Under the pieces are notes generated by a model, which saw only the letters and a list, made by a program, of their open reading frames with translations, was not told the origin of the DNA and ran no database searches. Shown here one piece after another: positions 1 to 13,229 of a stretch of 64,000 nucleotides of DNA; positions within the stretch are counted from its first letter, which is position 1, and each line of letters starts with the position of its first letter. This DNA is from Somniosus microcephalus (lineage: Eukaryota). The stretch covers positions 273,420,001 to 273,484,000 of the forward strand of contig CM126205.1 in NCBI GenBank assembly GCA_052327205.1. Reading direction: 5' to 3'. Both the position numbers and the translations under genes were made by a program.

Positions 1-34
1 TAGAACGCTTGGAGCAGCGTAGCAGCAAGGGGAA

Positions 35-145
35 GAAGGAAAAGCGCGGGAGGCGCCATTTTATTGCATTGGGGTAGAAGGAAAAGCGCGGGAGGCGCCA
101 TTTTATTACATTGGGGAAGAAAAAGCACGGGAGGCGCCATTTTAA
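35..145 (+). repeat. Three tandem ~40-bp repeats in the Gypsy leader, each with CGCCATTTT (YY1-type motif)
   Basis: GAAAAGC(G/A)CGGGAGGCGCCATTTTA repeated three times. Confidence 0.85.
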
Positions 146-154
146 ATCACCCAA

Positions 155-3100
155 ATGCCGAATAGTGGCAGTATCACTGCTTTCGACAATGAGGTAGAAG
201 ACTGGACCACGTAAGTGGAAAGAATTGAAGTGTACTACAACGCCAATGAGGTGGCCAATGGAAAGAAGGCGTCGGTATTATTAAATTTGATGGGCGCGAG
301 AACGTACAGCCTATTGCGGAATTTAATTACCCCGCTAAACCAATGGAGAAAAGTTTTGAAGAGATTGTTAATATCTTACAGGAACACCTAAACCCTACAC
401 CGCTGCGGATAGCAGAAAGATTCAAGTTCCATAAAAGAAACCAGCACAAAGAAGAGAACAATGCTGACTATCTTACGGAACTACGCAAGTTATCGAAGCA
501 CTGCCAGTTCGGAGCAGGACTGGCAGACACCTTACGGGATAAGTTTGTCTGCGGGCTCCAGAGTGAAGGAACCCAGAAACGACTACTTTCGGAAAAGGAC
601 CTGACGCTAGAACAAGCTTTCAGCGTGGCAGTATCCTACGAAGCAGCAGCACGGGGAGCTGCGGAAATACAACAGAAACCACAAGAATACAGCGCTAACG
701 AAATGGCGTATGGAGCAGAAAAGTGCTATCGCTGCGGCAGAACAACCCATGAGCAGAAGGACTGCTGGTTTAAGGACAAAGTATGCAGGCAATGTGGGAA
801 AATGGGACATATAGCAAGAGTCTGCAGGTCGGGAAAGAAAACCAACACTACAAGAACTACTAAGGAAAAGTACAAGAAAGTAAAAAAAATGACGGACAGT
901 AGTTCGGAAGATCAGGAGAGTGATAATGACTCTGGGAGCAGGAGACTAAGTTGTCTAAAGTTACACAACGTGATCACAAAGGAGGATCACCAAACCACTT
1001 GGGTCACCCTCATGATAGCAGGGTCCCAAGTAAAGATGGAATTGGATACAGAATCAGCCTTAACTGTCATGAATCGACGAGACTATGAGCGGCTATTCTC
1101 ACACATACCCTTGAAGGACACGTCCATTGTATTGAAGACATACACGGGGCAAAAAGTCTACCCCAGAGGAAAAATAAGGGTGCCAGTTGAATATAACGGC
1201 AAGGAAACACAGAAACTGTATCTATATATACTACCGGATGGAGGACCACCACTATTGGGATGTGAATGGATCCGAAAAATACAATTGGATTGGCATTCCA
1301 TTCAGGCGCTAACTGTGACTGATAAAAAGGATGATGACGTCACTCCTGGACGACTGTCAAAAATTCTAACTGACGTGAAAGAGATGTTCCAACAAGGACT
1401 TGGGACTCTAAAAGGAGTAACAGCAACGATAAAAATCGAAGATAACGCAAACCCAAAATTTTTTAAGGCCAGACCGGTACCTTACGCGATCCGCCCAGCC
1501 GTTGAAGCAAAGCTAGAGAGTCTGGAGCGTTCGGGTGTGCTGTCCAAGGTGGACTGGAGCGAGTGGGCCACACCCATCGTTCCTGTAATGAAGAAATCAT
1601 TGAGCAGCACGCCTGGGGAACCGAAGAAGGTTCGCATCTGTGGGGACTTCAAGGTAACTGTGAACCCAGTCCTGCACACAGTACAATATCCACTTCCACG
1701 GATAGAAGATATTTTCGCCTCACTATCTGGAGGGAAACGTTTTACAAAGATTGATCTGGCCCAAGCGTATCTAGAAATGGAGGTGGAAGAAGCATCTAGA
1801 AAATACCTCACGATAAACACTCACAAAGGCCTTTACCAGTACAATAGACTGGTATTCGGGGTAGCATCAGCCCCGGCTATTTGGCAGAGGGCAATGGAAC
1901 AAGTCCTGCAAGGGATCCCGGGGACCCAGTGTTATTTGGACGACATCCTGGTTACGGGCGAAAATGACAGTGAACACCTTGCCAACCTGGAGCAGGTGCT
2001 CACGAGATTACAGGAATATGGGCTACGAGCCAACCGCCCCAAATGAGAGTTCTTCAGGAGACAAATCTCGTATTGTGGCCACATGATTGATGAGGAAGGG
2101 TTGCATAAGTCGCCGGACAAGATTGAGGCTGTAGTCAAGGCTCCAACACCGGAAAATGTGTCGCAACTGAGGTCGTTCCTCGGGTTGGTGAACTACTACC
2201 ATAAGTGCTTGCCGAATTTATCTACAATTCTGCACCCACTGAACGCCCTACTGCAAACTGGAGTAACATGGAAATGGAGTGATGAATGTAAGCGTGCCTT
2301 TCAGAAATGTAAATGCCTAATCACTTCAAAAGAAGTATTGGCCCACTACAATCCAACACTACCGATTCGGTTACCATGTGATGCGTCTCCCTATGGCATC
2401 GGAGCGGTGCTGTCACACAAATTCCCTGACGGTTCAGAGAGGCCAATAGCCTTTGCGTCGCGCTCGTTAACCTCAGCCGAGCGTAACTACGCCCAGATTG
2501 ACACGGAGGCCCTCAGCCTGGTGTGGGGGGTGAAGAAGTTCAATCACTATCTGCACGGGCAGAAATTCAGCCTACTGACTGATCATCAGTCCCTGGTCTC
2601 CATTTTTAACCCAAAGAAGGGCGTTCCGGTGATGACGGCGCAACGGCTGCAAAGATGGTCACTTTTTCTAGGGGCACATCAGTACGACAGAGTACAAGGG
2701 TACGAAACAGCATGGAAACGCTGATGGGCTGTCACGCCTACCGTTGCCTACGGTAGAGGAAGCACCTGCAGTGGACCCTGTTGAGATATTCCATGCGACC
2801 ATTGTCGAATGTCTACCTGTTACAAACTCAAATATAGAGAAGGAAACCCGAAATGACCCGACACTCTCTCGGGTCTATGATTTGACGGTGAAGGGATGGC
2901 CAGCACATGGCGACTCACTGTTGCCAGCATTCTCGCCAAGGAGAGAACAGCTGTCAGTGTGCCGGGGGACCTTGATGTGTGGATCCCGAGTGGTAATTCC
3001 ACCCAAGTTGAGAGATAGAGTGCTCAATGAGCTTCATGAGGGTCATCTGGGAGGGGTAAAAATGAAGAGCCTAGCCAGGGCGTTTGTGTAGTGGCCGGGA

Positions 3101-4094
3101 ATCGATAAAGAAAGAGGATATGACCAAGAGATGCACTGGATGCCAGAAGGTCCAAAACGCTCCACCACAGGCCCCGCTACATCCATGGGAGTGGCCCTCA
3201 TCTCCATGGCAACTGGTACACATTGATTTTGCTGGTCCATTTATGGACTCAATGTTCCTAATCGCTGTGGACGCCCATTCGAAATGGCCAGACGTCATCA
3301 AAATGTCCTCCACCACCACGGAGAAAACTATTGCAGTCCTACGGACCATCTTCGCCAGGAATGGCTTGCCAGAACAGATTTGCTCCGACAATGGGCCACA
3401 GTTTGTGTCAGAGGATTTCCGGAGGTTTCTGAGGAATAATGGGGTGAAACATTACACATCTGCCCCATATCATCCAGCCACAAATGGATTGGCTGAGAGG
3501 TTTGTTCAGACCTTTAAAAAGGCAATACATAATGACGACATACCACTACAACACAAGGTGGATAATTTCTTGTTTGCTTACCGGAATGCGACACATGCAG
3601 TCACCAACCAAACTCCAGCCATAATGTTCTTCAACCGAAGGCGAAGATGTCGCCCGGATTTGCTCAAACCAAACATAAGACGAGATGTTGAGGATAAGCA
3701 ATTCCAGCACATCAATGAGAAGCCAACCAGGAGCTTCAAGATAGGGCAACCAGTCTTGGCCCGTGACTACCGAACAGAAAAATGGCTGCCAGGAACGATA
3801 TGCACACAGCAGGGACCACTAATGTACACAGTGGACGTTGGAGAGAGCATCGTGAGATGCCATGCTGACCAGATTCTAGAGTCACAGGAACAAGCCAAAC
3901 CCATACCACGAGCAGGTGCGCCTGGTAATCAACCCAAAGTACAGATTGCGTCTACCTCAGAAGCAGTGGTATTGGAAGCTGACGAACCAACCAATGACAA
4001 TGAGCCAGAATCAACTCCGCCGCAAGAACAGAGTACTCGAGAAAGGCGCTATCCAGTCAGGATCAGGAAGCCTCCTCAAAGACTGAACTTATAA
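155..4094 (+). pseudogene. gag-pol pseudogene of Gypsy element 1
   Basis: ATG 155 (MPNSGSITAFD..) followed by an in-frame TAA, a frameshift near 330, TGA 2044-2046, a frameshift near 2690, TAG 3089-3091 and a frameshift near 3110; ORF pieces 343-2046, 2083-2724, 2744-3091, 3084-4094. Confidence 0.92.
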
Positions 4095-4203
4095 ATGATT
4101 ATTTCAGTTGATGTATATAGTACAGAGAAAATTGTAATTGTAATTAGTTATTATTTAGTTGTTAAATGAATGTTATGTACTGCTTATCTAAAAGGGGAGG
4201 AAT

Positions 4204-4398
4204 TGTTGTGTATGTACCTTTAAGAGAAGAACTGATTCTATACTGCAGTACCAGCAGTGACCACCCCTGTATATAAAGCCATAGCAGGCTTCTGTACTTC
4301 AGTCTTCTGTACTTCAGTCTTGAATTACTCTCTGTTCAGTAAATACCTGTTTTATTGTTCTCCTGCAGTCTGAGTATTATTGATCCTCGGACACAACT
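4204..4398 (+). repeat. 3' LTR of Gypsy element 1 (~195 bp)
   Basis: PPT AAAAGGGGAGGAA immediately upstream; starts TGTTGTG, ends CACAACT (terminal A mutated); TATATAAA and AGTAAA inside. Confidence 0.8.
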
Positions 4399-4869
4399 TC
4401 AACTAAAAAAACTGGAATCAGTGGTACAATGCAGAAAGGACTGCAGGATTTTGGTAATTTGCCAAGAACTGCCAGCATTTGGAGTTGCTGCTTTAAAATT
4501 CGGATTTAAAATTTGGAAAGCCTAAGTTTTAGATTCGACAATTTACCCAAATGCTTGTTAACATTTTTTCACATAATGGAAAATTGCTCGAGAATGAAAA
4601 TCTGTATGAAGGAAAGCTGCTGTTTAGTTCTTTTTTCCACGCCCCACCTGCTAAAACAGTGATTACATTTTACTCTTTCAAAGTGTACTTTTAGAATCAT
4701 AGAATAGTACAGCACAGGAGGAGGTCGTTCGGCCCATCGAGTCTGTTCCAGCTCTTTCGATGAGCAATCCAGTTAGTCCCACTCCTCGTTCTTTCCCCAT
4801 ATCCCTTACATGTTTTCTTCATTAAAATCGCTACTTAAATACAAGCTGTTGTAAAGCAAATGACTGTAC

Positions 4870-5172
4870 TGTGGCGTTGCCACATTGGGGAAACACTATG
4901 TAGATAAACCTGTATAATCCCCTTTTAACTGCTGTATTCCCCTCTCCCCGCAAGGCAGTTGCAAGCCGAGAGGAATAAGGCATGTTCAGACTTGCCTGCT
5001 GCTGAGAGAAGGAAAACCAATCAGGTTCCAGCAGGTGACCAATCCTTGAGTCATCACAGGCTTGCGGGCTTTACGAATTCAGTACTGTATTGGGAGAGTT
5101 GGAGTAGAGACCTATTTCTTGTAGCTCGCTGTGTTGCCTATTTCTTTACACGGGAGACTGTAGTCTCCCACA
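4870..5172 (+). repeat. 5' LTR of Gypsy element 2
   Basis: TGTGG...CCACA termini; direct repeat of 9203-9502. Confidence 0.95.
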
Positions 5173-5173
5173 T

Positions 5174-5185
5174 TGGTGACCCCGA
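5174..5185 (+). other. Primer-binding site complementary to the 3' end of tRNA-Trp
   Basis: TGGTGACCCCGA matches the first 12 nt of the classical Trp PBS (TGGTGACCCCGACGTGAT); 1 nt after the LTR. Confidence 0.85.
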
Positions 5186-8100
5186 ATGTCGGCGGCCGAA
5201 GCCCCCGACTCACGTAGCCCTACAGAGGCCAGCAACGACCCGACGGCAACCAGCAGCAGCCCGGTGTCGGCCGGCGCCGTGTCCTTGAAGCTCCCCACCT
5301 TCTGGGAACACCAAGCACCAGCTTGGTTCGCGCACACGGAGGCTCAATTCACCCTTCGCAGGGTTCAAGACGATGAAGAAAGGTACCTCCACGTAGTCTC
5401 AGCACTAGCAAGCTCCACCGCCGCCGAAGTTCTCGACCTGCTGGGGAACCCACCACAGACCGGCAAGTACTCAACCTTTAAGGGCCGCTTGCTGCAGGCT
5501 TACGGCCTGTCCGGGGAAGAGAGGGCCCGTAGGCTTCTTTCACTACCAGGCCTCGGCGACTCTACCCCGACCCAGTTGATGAGCCGGATGCTTGCGCTCC
5601 TGGGCTCTGAACCGCAGTGCTTCTTGTTTCGGGCCCTTTTCCTCCGCCTGCTTCCTCAGCAGGTACAGACTGCCCTCGCGGGGTCCCCGATCACGGACTG
5701 CGTACAGCTGGCAGCCGCCGCGGACAAAGTCTTCGCCGTCGCCCAACTCGGCTGTGCAGCCGCGAGGCTCCCCGACACCACCGAGTGCGCGCCGCCACGC
5801 CAGGCCGCAGAACTATGCTACTACCACGCGCGTTTCGGCCACAAGGCCCAACGCTGCAGAGCACCCTGCTCTTTCGATCAAACCAAGATGGCCGCCCGGC
5901 CCAACGTGCCAGCCCCGCGCCGCCGTCTAGGCCCGCTCGACCGCACCCCCGCTGCCACGATGGCCATCAGCATCGCAGGTAAACTGCTGTACATAACCGA
6001 CTCCCTTTCAGGGCGCAGATTCCTTTGCGACACCGGAGCCCAATGCAGCATAATTCCTGCCTCCCAGCTCGACATCCAGGCAGGCTGCAGCGGCCCACCC
6101 CTCGTGGCGGCAAATGGCGCAGCCATCGCTACTTTTGCAAAGCGACGGGCCGAGGTTTGTTTCAACAGCCAGTGATTTACATGGGATTTCGTGACAGCCT
6201 CGGTGGCACATCCCTTGCTGGGCGCTGATTTTCTTTGCGCCCACGGACTCCTGGTCGACGTCCGCGACAGGCGCCTGATCGACGCAGCAACTTTCGCTTC
6301 ACTGGCCTGCCAGCAGAGCAACAGCCCGGCCCTAGTCGGGTCCTGCTCTGCCCCGGCGGATGACGACTACGCCCGCCTACTCGCAGATTTCCCGAGGCTC
6401 ACACAACCGACCACCTCAGCTGCGGCAGCCAAGCATGGTGTCGAGCACCACATCGCCACTACGGGACCACCAGTGTTTGCCCAAGCCAGACGCCTGGACC
6501 CAGCTAAGATGGCGGTGGCCAAGGAAGAATTCGCCACGATGGAGAAACTAGGCATCATCCGCCGCTCGAACAGCCCCTGGTCGTCCCCCCTCCACATTGT
6601 GCCCAAGCCGGGCGGTGGCTGGCGCCCCTGCGGCGACTACAGACGGCTCAACGACGCCACCACACCCGATAGATACCCAATTCCGCACATCCAAGACTTC
6701 TCGGCACACCTAGCAGGAAAGTCCGTCTTTTCCAAGGTCGACCTGATTCGCGGCTACCATCAGGTCCCCGTCCACCACGCAGACGTCCAGAAGACGGCGG
6801 TCATCACCCCCTTCGGACTGTTCGAGTTCCTGCGCATGCCCTTTGGGCTCAAGAACGCCGCACAGGCCTTCCAACGGCTCATGGATTCTGTCCTACGGGA
6901 CCCGAGCTTCCTGTTCGTCTATCTGGATGATATCCTCGTGGCCAGCACCAGCAAGGCCGAGCACATCGCGCATTTGCGCTCTCTTCCAGCGCCTCAGCCA
7001 ACACGGGCTAATCGTCAACCCGGCCAAATGCCAGTTCGGAGCAGCCCAAATTGACTTTCTCGGCCACAGAATCTCGCCAAGGGGAGCCATTCCCCTACCT
7101 TCCAAGGTGCAGGCGGTGGCGGACTTTCCCCAGCCCACCTCGGTCAAGGCGCTGCAGGAATTTTTGGGGATGGTCAATTTCTATCACCGTTTCGTGCCCA
7201 AGGCCGCCTCACTCATGCGCCCCCTCTACGAAGCCACCAGGGGCAAAACGGGCAATGAGCAACTCACCTGGTCCAGCGAGATGGCGACAGCCTTCCACCA
7301 GACCAAAAGCGCCTTGGCCAACGCCACACTACTGGCCCACCCCATCCCGGGCGCCAAGACCGCCCTCACCACGGACGCCTCGGATTACGCCGTCAGCGCT
7401 GTCCAGCAACAGTGGGTCGAAGGCGCGTGGCAGCCACTGGCAATTTTCAGCCGACAGCTGCGCAAGAACGAGCAGGCCTACAACACGTTCGACAGAGCGC
7501 TCCTGGCCCTGTTCCTGGCAATCCGGCACTTCCGTTTCCTCCTGGAAGGCCGGCCGTTCACCGCATTCGTGGACCACAAGCCGCTCACTTTCGCCATGGC
7601 CAAAGTAACCGAACCCTGGTCCGCGCGCCAACAGCGCCAACTCAACTTCATCTCGGAGTTCACCACGGACATCCGCCACGTCGCCGGCAAGGACAATTTG
7701 ATGGCCGACTGCCTCTCAAGACCCTCGCTCCACGCAGTGCACCTGGGCGTTGACTACGCCAGCATGGCCAGAGACCAGGCCGCCGACGCGGAGATCCAGG
7801 CCCTCAGGACGTCAACCACCAGCCTCACTCTGGCCGACATCCACTTCCACGCAGCCGGCACAACCCTCTTGTGCGACGTCTCAGTCCCCTCGCCTAGGCC
7901 GGTCGTCCCATCCGCCTGGAGCAAGCGAGTTTTCGACATCATCCACGGCCTCTCACATCCAGGGATGAGTGCGTCTCAGAAACTCATGTCTGCCAAGTTC
8001 GTCTGGCCTGGACTCCACAAGGATGTGAGAGACTAGACCAACACATGCGTGGCGTGTCAGCGCACTAAGGTCCAGCAGCACACCAAGGCGCCATTGGAGT

Positions 8101-9177
8101 GTTTCCCGGTGCCCGAGGGGCGTTTCGACCACGTCCACGTCGATCTGATAGGCCCCTTGCCGCTGTCGCACGGTTTCACACACCTGCTCACGATCGTCGA
8201 CCGCACCGCCAGATGGCCCGAGGCGGTTCCCCTCGCCTCCACCACCATGATCGACGTTGCGCGAGCATTCGTCTCGACATGGGTGGCCCGGTTCGGCGTG
8301 CCGACCGACATATCCTCGGACAGAGGCCCCCAGTTCACGTCCCACTTGTGGAATGCCATCACCGCCGGCCTCGGCACCAAGTTGCGCAGGACAACAGCCT
8401 ACCACCCGCAGGCCAACGGGCTCTGCGAGCACTTTCATCGTTCCTTGAAAGCCTCCCTCTGCGCCAGCCTGGCCGACACCAGCTGGATCGACAAACTACC
8501 CTGGGTCCTCCTGGGATTGCGCACCGCGCCCAAAGAGGACCTCCGCGGCCGAGATGGTCTACGGCCAACCGCTCAGAGTACCAGGTGACTTCCTCCCCCT
8601 GACAACGGAGCCATGGTCGGCCGCCAGACAGCTTTCCCTGCACCAGGACGCGGCCCAGCAATTCCGTCCAGTGCCCACTTCGCAACACGGCCCGCAGCCG
8701 TCCTATGTGCCTCGGGACTTACGACATGCGGAGTTCGTCTTCGTGCGCCGGGACGCGCACAGAGGCCCGCTGCAGGCACCATACACCGGCCCCTTCTCAG
8801 TATTGGAGACGGGGGACAAAGCTTTTCTTATCGACGTCGGCGGGAAGCCGGACCTTATTTCAGTAGACCGCCTCAAACTGGCGCACCTGGACCTCAGCTT
8901 CCCGTTTCGTCCGGCTCTTCCCCCCACGGCAGGGCAGACCTCCCGCGTTGGCGGCGGCCCCACAAGAGGAACAAGACACGCCAGAACCTTACTTCCCGGC
9001 CGCCGCCCCACCTTCGCCGGCAGCCCGTCCAGCCAGCCCACCGGCAGACCAGCCGCCAGACCAGCCGACGAACCAACCGGCCGACCTCCCAGACAGTCCT
9101 CCTCACACGCCAGATGGCTACTACAGCCGCTACGGCCGTTTGGTCAAACCTCCGCAGAGACTGACTTTTACAGTTAG
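5186..9177 (+). pseudogene. gag-pol pseudogene of Gypsy element 2
   Basis: ORF pieces 5186-6175, 6191-7054, 6843-8036, 8049-8588, 8554-9177, broken by stops (6173, 8034) and frameshifts (~6980, ~8545, ~8925). Confidence 0.93.
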
Positions 9178-9202
9178 CGAGGATTCTGGGGGGGGGGGCG
9201 TA

Positions 9203-9502
9203 TGTTGCCACATTGGGGAAACACTGTATGTAGATAAACCTGTATAATCCCCTTTTAACTGCTGTATTCCCCTCCCCCCGCAAGACAGTTGCAAGCCGAG
9301 AGGAATAAGGCATGTTCAGACTTGCCTGCTGCTGAGAGAAGGAAAACCAATCAGGTTCCAGCAGGTGACCAATCCGTGAGTCATCACAGGCTCGCGGGCT
9401 TTACGAATTCAGTACTGTATTGTGAGAGTTGGAGTAAAGACCTATTTCTTGTAGCTCGCTGTGTTGCCTATTTCTTTACGCGGGAGACTGTAATCTCCCA
9501 CA
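9203..9502 (+). repeat. 3' LTR of Gypsy element 2
   Basis: Manual alignment to the 5' LTR gives about 8 substitutions plus 5-bp and 2-bp indels. Confidence 0.95.
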
Positions 9503-9699
9503 ATACTCCCCAGTCCCTCTCCATCACTAAAATAGTCAACTCTCTACATGGGTCAATAAAACTGCTTCATGATGTATGTCTTAATACACACTGTAAATGA
9601 CTTCACCAAGCATAGCAACCATTTGGTACCAAAGTGCTTCTACTGTTACTATAGTGTTATGACCTGTGGACTTTAAGCCTAACAGAGCTGAAACTATCA

Positions 9700-9990
9700 G
9701 AACAGAAGAATTAGGAGCAGGAGTAGGCCACATGGCCCCTTTGAGCCTGCGCCGCCATTCCGTAAGATCATAGATGACCTTGGACTTGAACTCCACTTTC
9801 CCACCCAATCCCTATATCCCTCGATTCCCCTAGTCCAAAAATCAATCTCTCTCAGCCTTGAGTATAGGCAACAATTCAGCATCCACAGCCTTTTGGGGTA
9901 GAGAGTGCCAAAGATTCACAACCCTCCGAGTGAAGAAATTCCTCATCAGTCTTAAGTGGCCAATCCCTTATCCTGAGACTATGCCCCTAG
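9700..9990 (-). mobile_element. CR1 LINE 3'-end fragment
   Basis: Reverse complement of the CR1 3' UTR seen elsewhere in the window (GGCCTACTCCTGCTCCTA, GAAGAAATTCCTC). Confidence 0.8.
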
Positions 9991-10329
9991 TTATTGCAGA
10001 TTTTAACACAGGCAACCACACCATCCTCCTCCAATGCCTCTCTTCCATTGCCCAGCTCAGTGGGATAGGCCCTCATTTGGTTCCACTCTTACCTATCCAA
10101 TCATAGCCAGAGAATCTCCAGTAATGGCTTCTCTTCTCTCCCTTGTACCATTACCTCCAAAGTCCCTCAAGGATCTATCTGTGGTCCCCTCCACTAAATG
10201 CTATTCCATGGCGACATCATCCGAAGACATGGGGTCAGTACATGTCTGTCACCAAACTTTACTATTCTAATGCTCGAGTGTCCCATCTTCCAGAAACGTC
10301 AGCTCATCCAGAACTTTGATGCCCTTACC

Positions 10330-10493
10330 CAAGGTTCCCTCTAATTTTTTGTGGGGCCGCACATCCCCTTTAACAGGCTGCGTGGCCCATTCAAATATCC
10401 ACGCATGTGTGGCTTTTGCATTTAAAAGCCAGTGAGCCAGCTGTGCAGGAGCGCCAGAGCACTGTGTGGTCACGCAGCTTAAAGGGAACATTG
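10330..10493. mobile_element. Short hAT-type MITE within L2-like LINE debris (related copy ~20020-20161)
   Basis: Terminal inverted repeats CAAGGTTCCCTCTAA / TTAAAGGGAACATTG; TSD not convincing. Confidence 0.5.
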
Positions 10494-13229
10494 TCCATAT
10501 CCTATCAGACACCAAGTCCCATCACCCCTGTGTTCTCTGACCTATGTCAGCCTACTTTACCCCAATGCCAGCCTACTTTACCCCAATGCCTTCAATTTAA
10601 AATGCTCATCCTCATGGTTAAATCCCTTGATGGCCTCATCCCTAGAACCCCAAGAGACTTTTCAGCTGTCTAAGCCCTGGAATTCATCTCTAAACCTCTC
10701 AGTTTCCCTCTCTCCCTTCAAGTGTTTCCTTAAAACCCACCTCTGATCAAGCTTTTGGTCACTCCAACTAGATCCTTCTTTTACTCAGCATTGATTTTTG
10801 ACTGATTATGCTTTTGTGAAGTGCCTTGCAATGTTAAAGACATAATATAAATACAAGTTGTTGTTTAAAGAAAACAGACATACTGATTCCAGGGTATATT
10901 TTAAAAATTAAGATCTTGATAAATACTACAATATCAACTTTGCAGAAAAAGTGTGTCTTTAAGAGCTTACTGTTGCAAAGCTCATTATAGCTTCTTGATT
11001 TAAAAAGTATATCACTTGAGTTTTATTTGTCTCTATGTTATAGAGAGATTAAACTTATGATCCAGCACATACCACAGTTTGTGTATTTAAAATGACCCAG
11101 TATAACATAATTCAAGGCTCACTGTGGTCTGATACTTGCTGGGGGTGAAATAGCACTAAAAAAACTAAATGGAATAATAAATAAATCATGTGTCACTGGA
11201 TAGACCAAGATCCTATTTACTGCAGCGAGGAAAGCTTATTTAACATAAAAATATTACTGGTGCAACGGGCAGAGTCTAGTTTGCAGAATGAAAGATGCAA
11301 ATTATGAATGTTGATTTTCAACCCACTTCATGAGAAGCCACAGCAGCAGGCCTCACTTTCATTTGGTAATAATCCAACTTTAAAACATTACTGTAGTCTC
11401 TTCTGAAGTATGGGGAGGTATAAACTAAAACATTTATTAATCAGAGTAGTATACCTGTGTTTCCATCTTGGCAGCATTTAAATCTGGATAAAATGCAGGT
11501 TAGCCTCTGCATCTCGCACTGAACTACAATAACTACGTAACCAGAACATTATGCTAAGAGAACCTAGAGCTGAATTGTGACTAGTTACAAAAGCAGAACA
11601 ACATTTTTGCCACAAACTTGAATCTCAAATATAAGTTACATGCCACAAGTCAAAAGGTAGACATTTGTTAAGACACTTCAAAAATAACCCAAGGTAAAAT
11701 CTCAAATTGCATTCCAAGACTTCCATTGAAAAAAGTCTAGCAAACACTCCCATTCAGGCCAATAGCTGGAAACCCAATTGTTTTTATTCTTTAGAATAAT
11801 CCCTGATTATACAGAACATGTAGACAAGTAGATGCTTTAAATTTTGGTAACACATGTATATAATACAAGAAGCCAAATAGTAGTTTTTTTGTTTTTTTAA
11901 TTGCTGCTTTTAACTCCGTAATGGCTCAGCTGATAAACTAAAGAATACTTAAACATATAAAATCAAGAGATTCTCTGATTCAATCCTCTGAGTTAACGGA
12001 TTCCAACCAGGGCAGTGGTGGGGAGACTTCCGTTGACCTCACTATCAACTAATTAGGGAGGGAAAAATCAGGCAAGGTCCCCAATCTTGATTATCCCCTA
12101 TTATTCTAAATTTAATAGGTCAGTTACAATTGCAATACACAAACCAGTTTTACTGTATATAACATTTTAATTACATATTTCAAATTTTATTTTGATTAAA
12201 AAAGTATTTGAAACATAAGAGGGGCGATTTTCAGCTTCCAGCCAAAGCAGGTATGTAGTGGGCAGAGTGGTCACATTGCCTGCCCAGTGCCAGATTCCTG
12301 GGGCTACAGGCCATCAATTTGAAAAACATCCATTGACTCCCATTACAGTATTTGCTTTGTCCCTAGCTATCTATTTATCCATGCAGCTACCTTAGTAAAT
12401 GCCTGCTGAAAGTCCACATGTACAACATTCACCACATTCCCTTCAGCAATACACGATAATTTCTTAGAAATGTTTTAATTAAATTAGTAAAACATGTTCA
12501 CCTTTGTATAAACTCATTCCAGTTGTTCCAGATTAGCGCATGCTTTAAGTATTCAGTTTGATCTTGTATTTATCGCGGGACCCAAAAATCTATTAGGTTG
12601 CTTATGTTACAATAATGCTGATGGGGCACTCCATCAGTGCTGCACTACAGATCATGTGCTCAAATCCAGGAATCGGATTTGAACTCAGTGACATAGTTAG
12701 AGTTGACTGACAAGGCACCAAGACAGAACACCAGGGTAGGCATCAGAAAAGCACATCTAGGCATTCAGGGTAATCATTAGTAGATTTGAACAGTTTTTGA
12801 AAAATTAATATGCTGTTGCACTTTGAATTGGCTTTTTTGTTTAATGAGTATGAGGTATCACAAGTATTAACAGCACAGAAACAGGCCATTCAGCCCATTC
12901 TTCCTACCAAAGTGTACCACCTCACACTTACCTATATTGAAGTTCTTTTGCCAATTACATGCCCATTCTGCAAGTTTCTTAATGCATTCCTGTATTTTGT
13001 CGCAGTCCTCCTCGGTTAACTACACCCCCCAAATTTTGATGGCATCAAGGGGTCTGGTTGCTTATTCTGTTAATGGGGATGTGAAAATAGATGTTTAGAT
13101 ATGGAATGACTGGAGTTCACGTGAAGGCTGGGGTTATGTAGTGATTGAATGTTTCAAAGGGTAAGATGTTAATCTGAATAGAACATATATGACTTATAAA
13201 TGTTCCCATGTACTTTGCTGGCAGGAGGC

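Larger units (their letters stand above)
1..4398 (+). mobile_element. Ty3/Gypsy LTR retrotransposon (K02A2.6-like gag-pol), decayed; 5' LTR lies outside the window
   Basis: Gag with two CCHC knuckles (CYRCGRTTHEQKDC, CRQCGKMGHIARVC), protease-like ELDTESA, RT YLDD, RNase H (CDASPYG), integrase (HxxH..CxxC, HIDFAGP, SDNGPQF, NGLAERFV) in Gypsy order; PPT and 3' LTR. Confidence 0.95.
4870..9502 (+). mobile_element. Full-length Gypsy LTR retrotransposon, CsRn1/Kabuki-like, decayed
   Basis: Paired ~300-bp LTRs, PBS TGGTGACCCCGA, poly-G PPT ~9188-9198, TSD GTAC/ATAC; Gag CHCC motif CYYHARFGHKAQRCRAPC, PR DTGA, RT YLDD, RNase H, IN DDE. Confidence 0.95.

Noticed and set aside
5543-9313. Numerous long alternative-frame and antisense ORFs in Gypsy element 2
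   Set aside because: Expected shadow ORFs of GC-rich coding sequence; no recognisable motifs
11915-12100. Named ancient SINE (similar relic at ~60630-60780)
   Set aside because: The two segments look related and SINE-like but are too decayed to assign a family without a search
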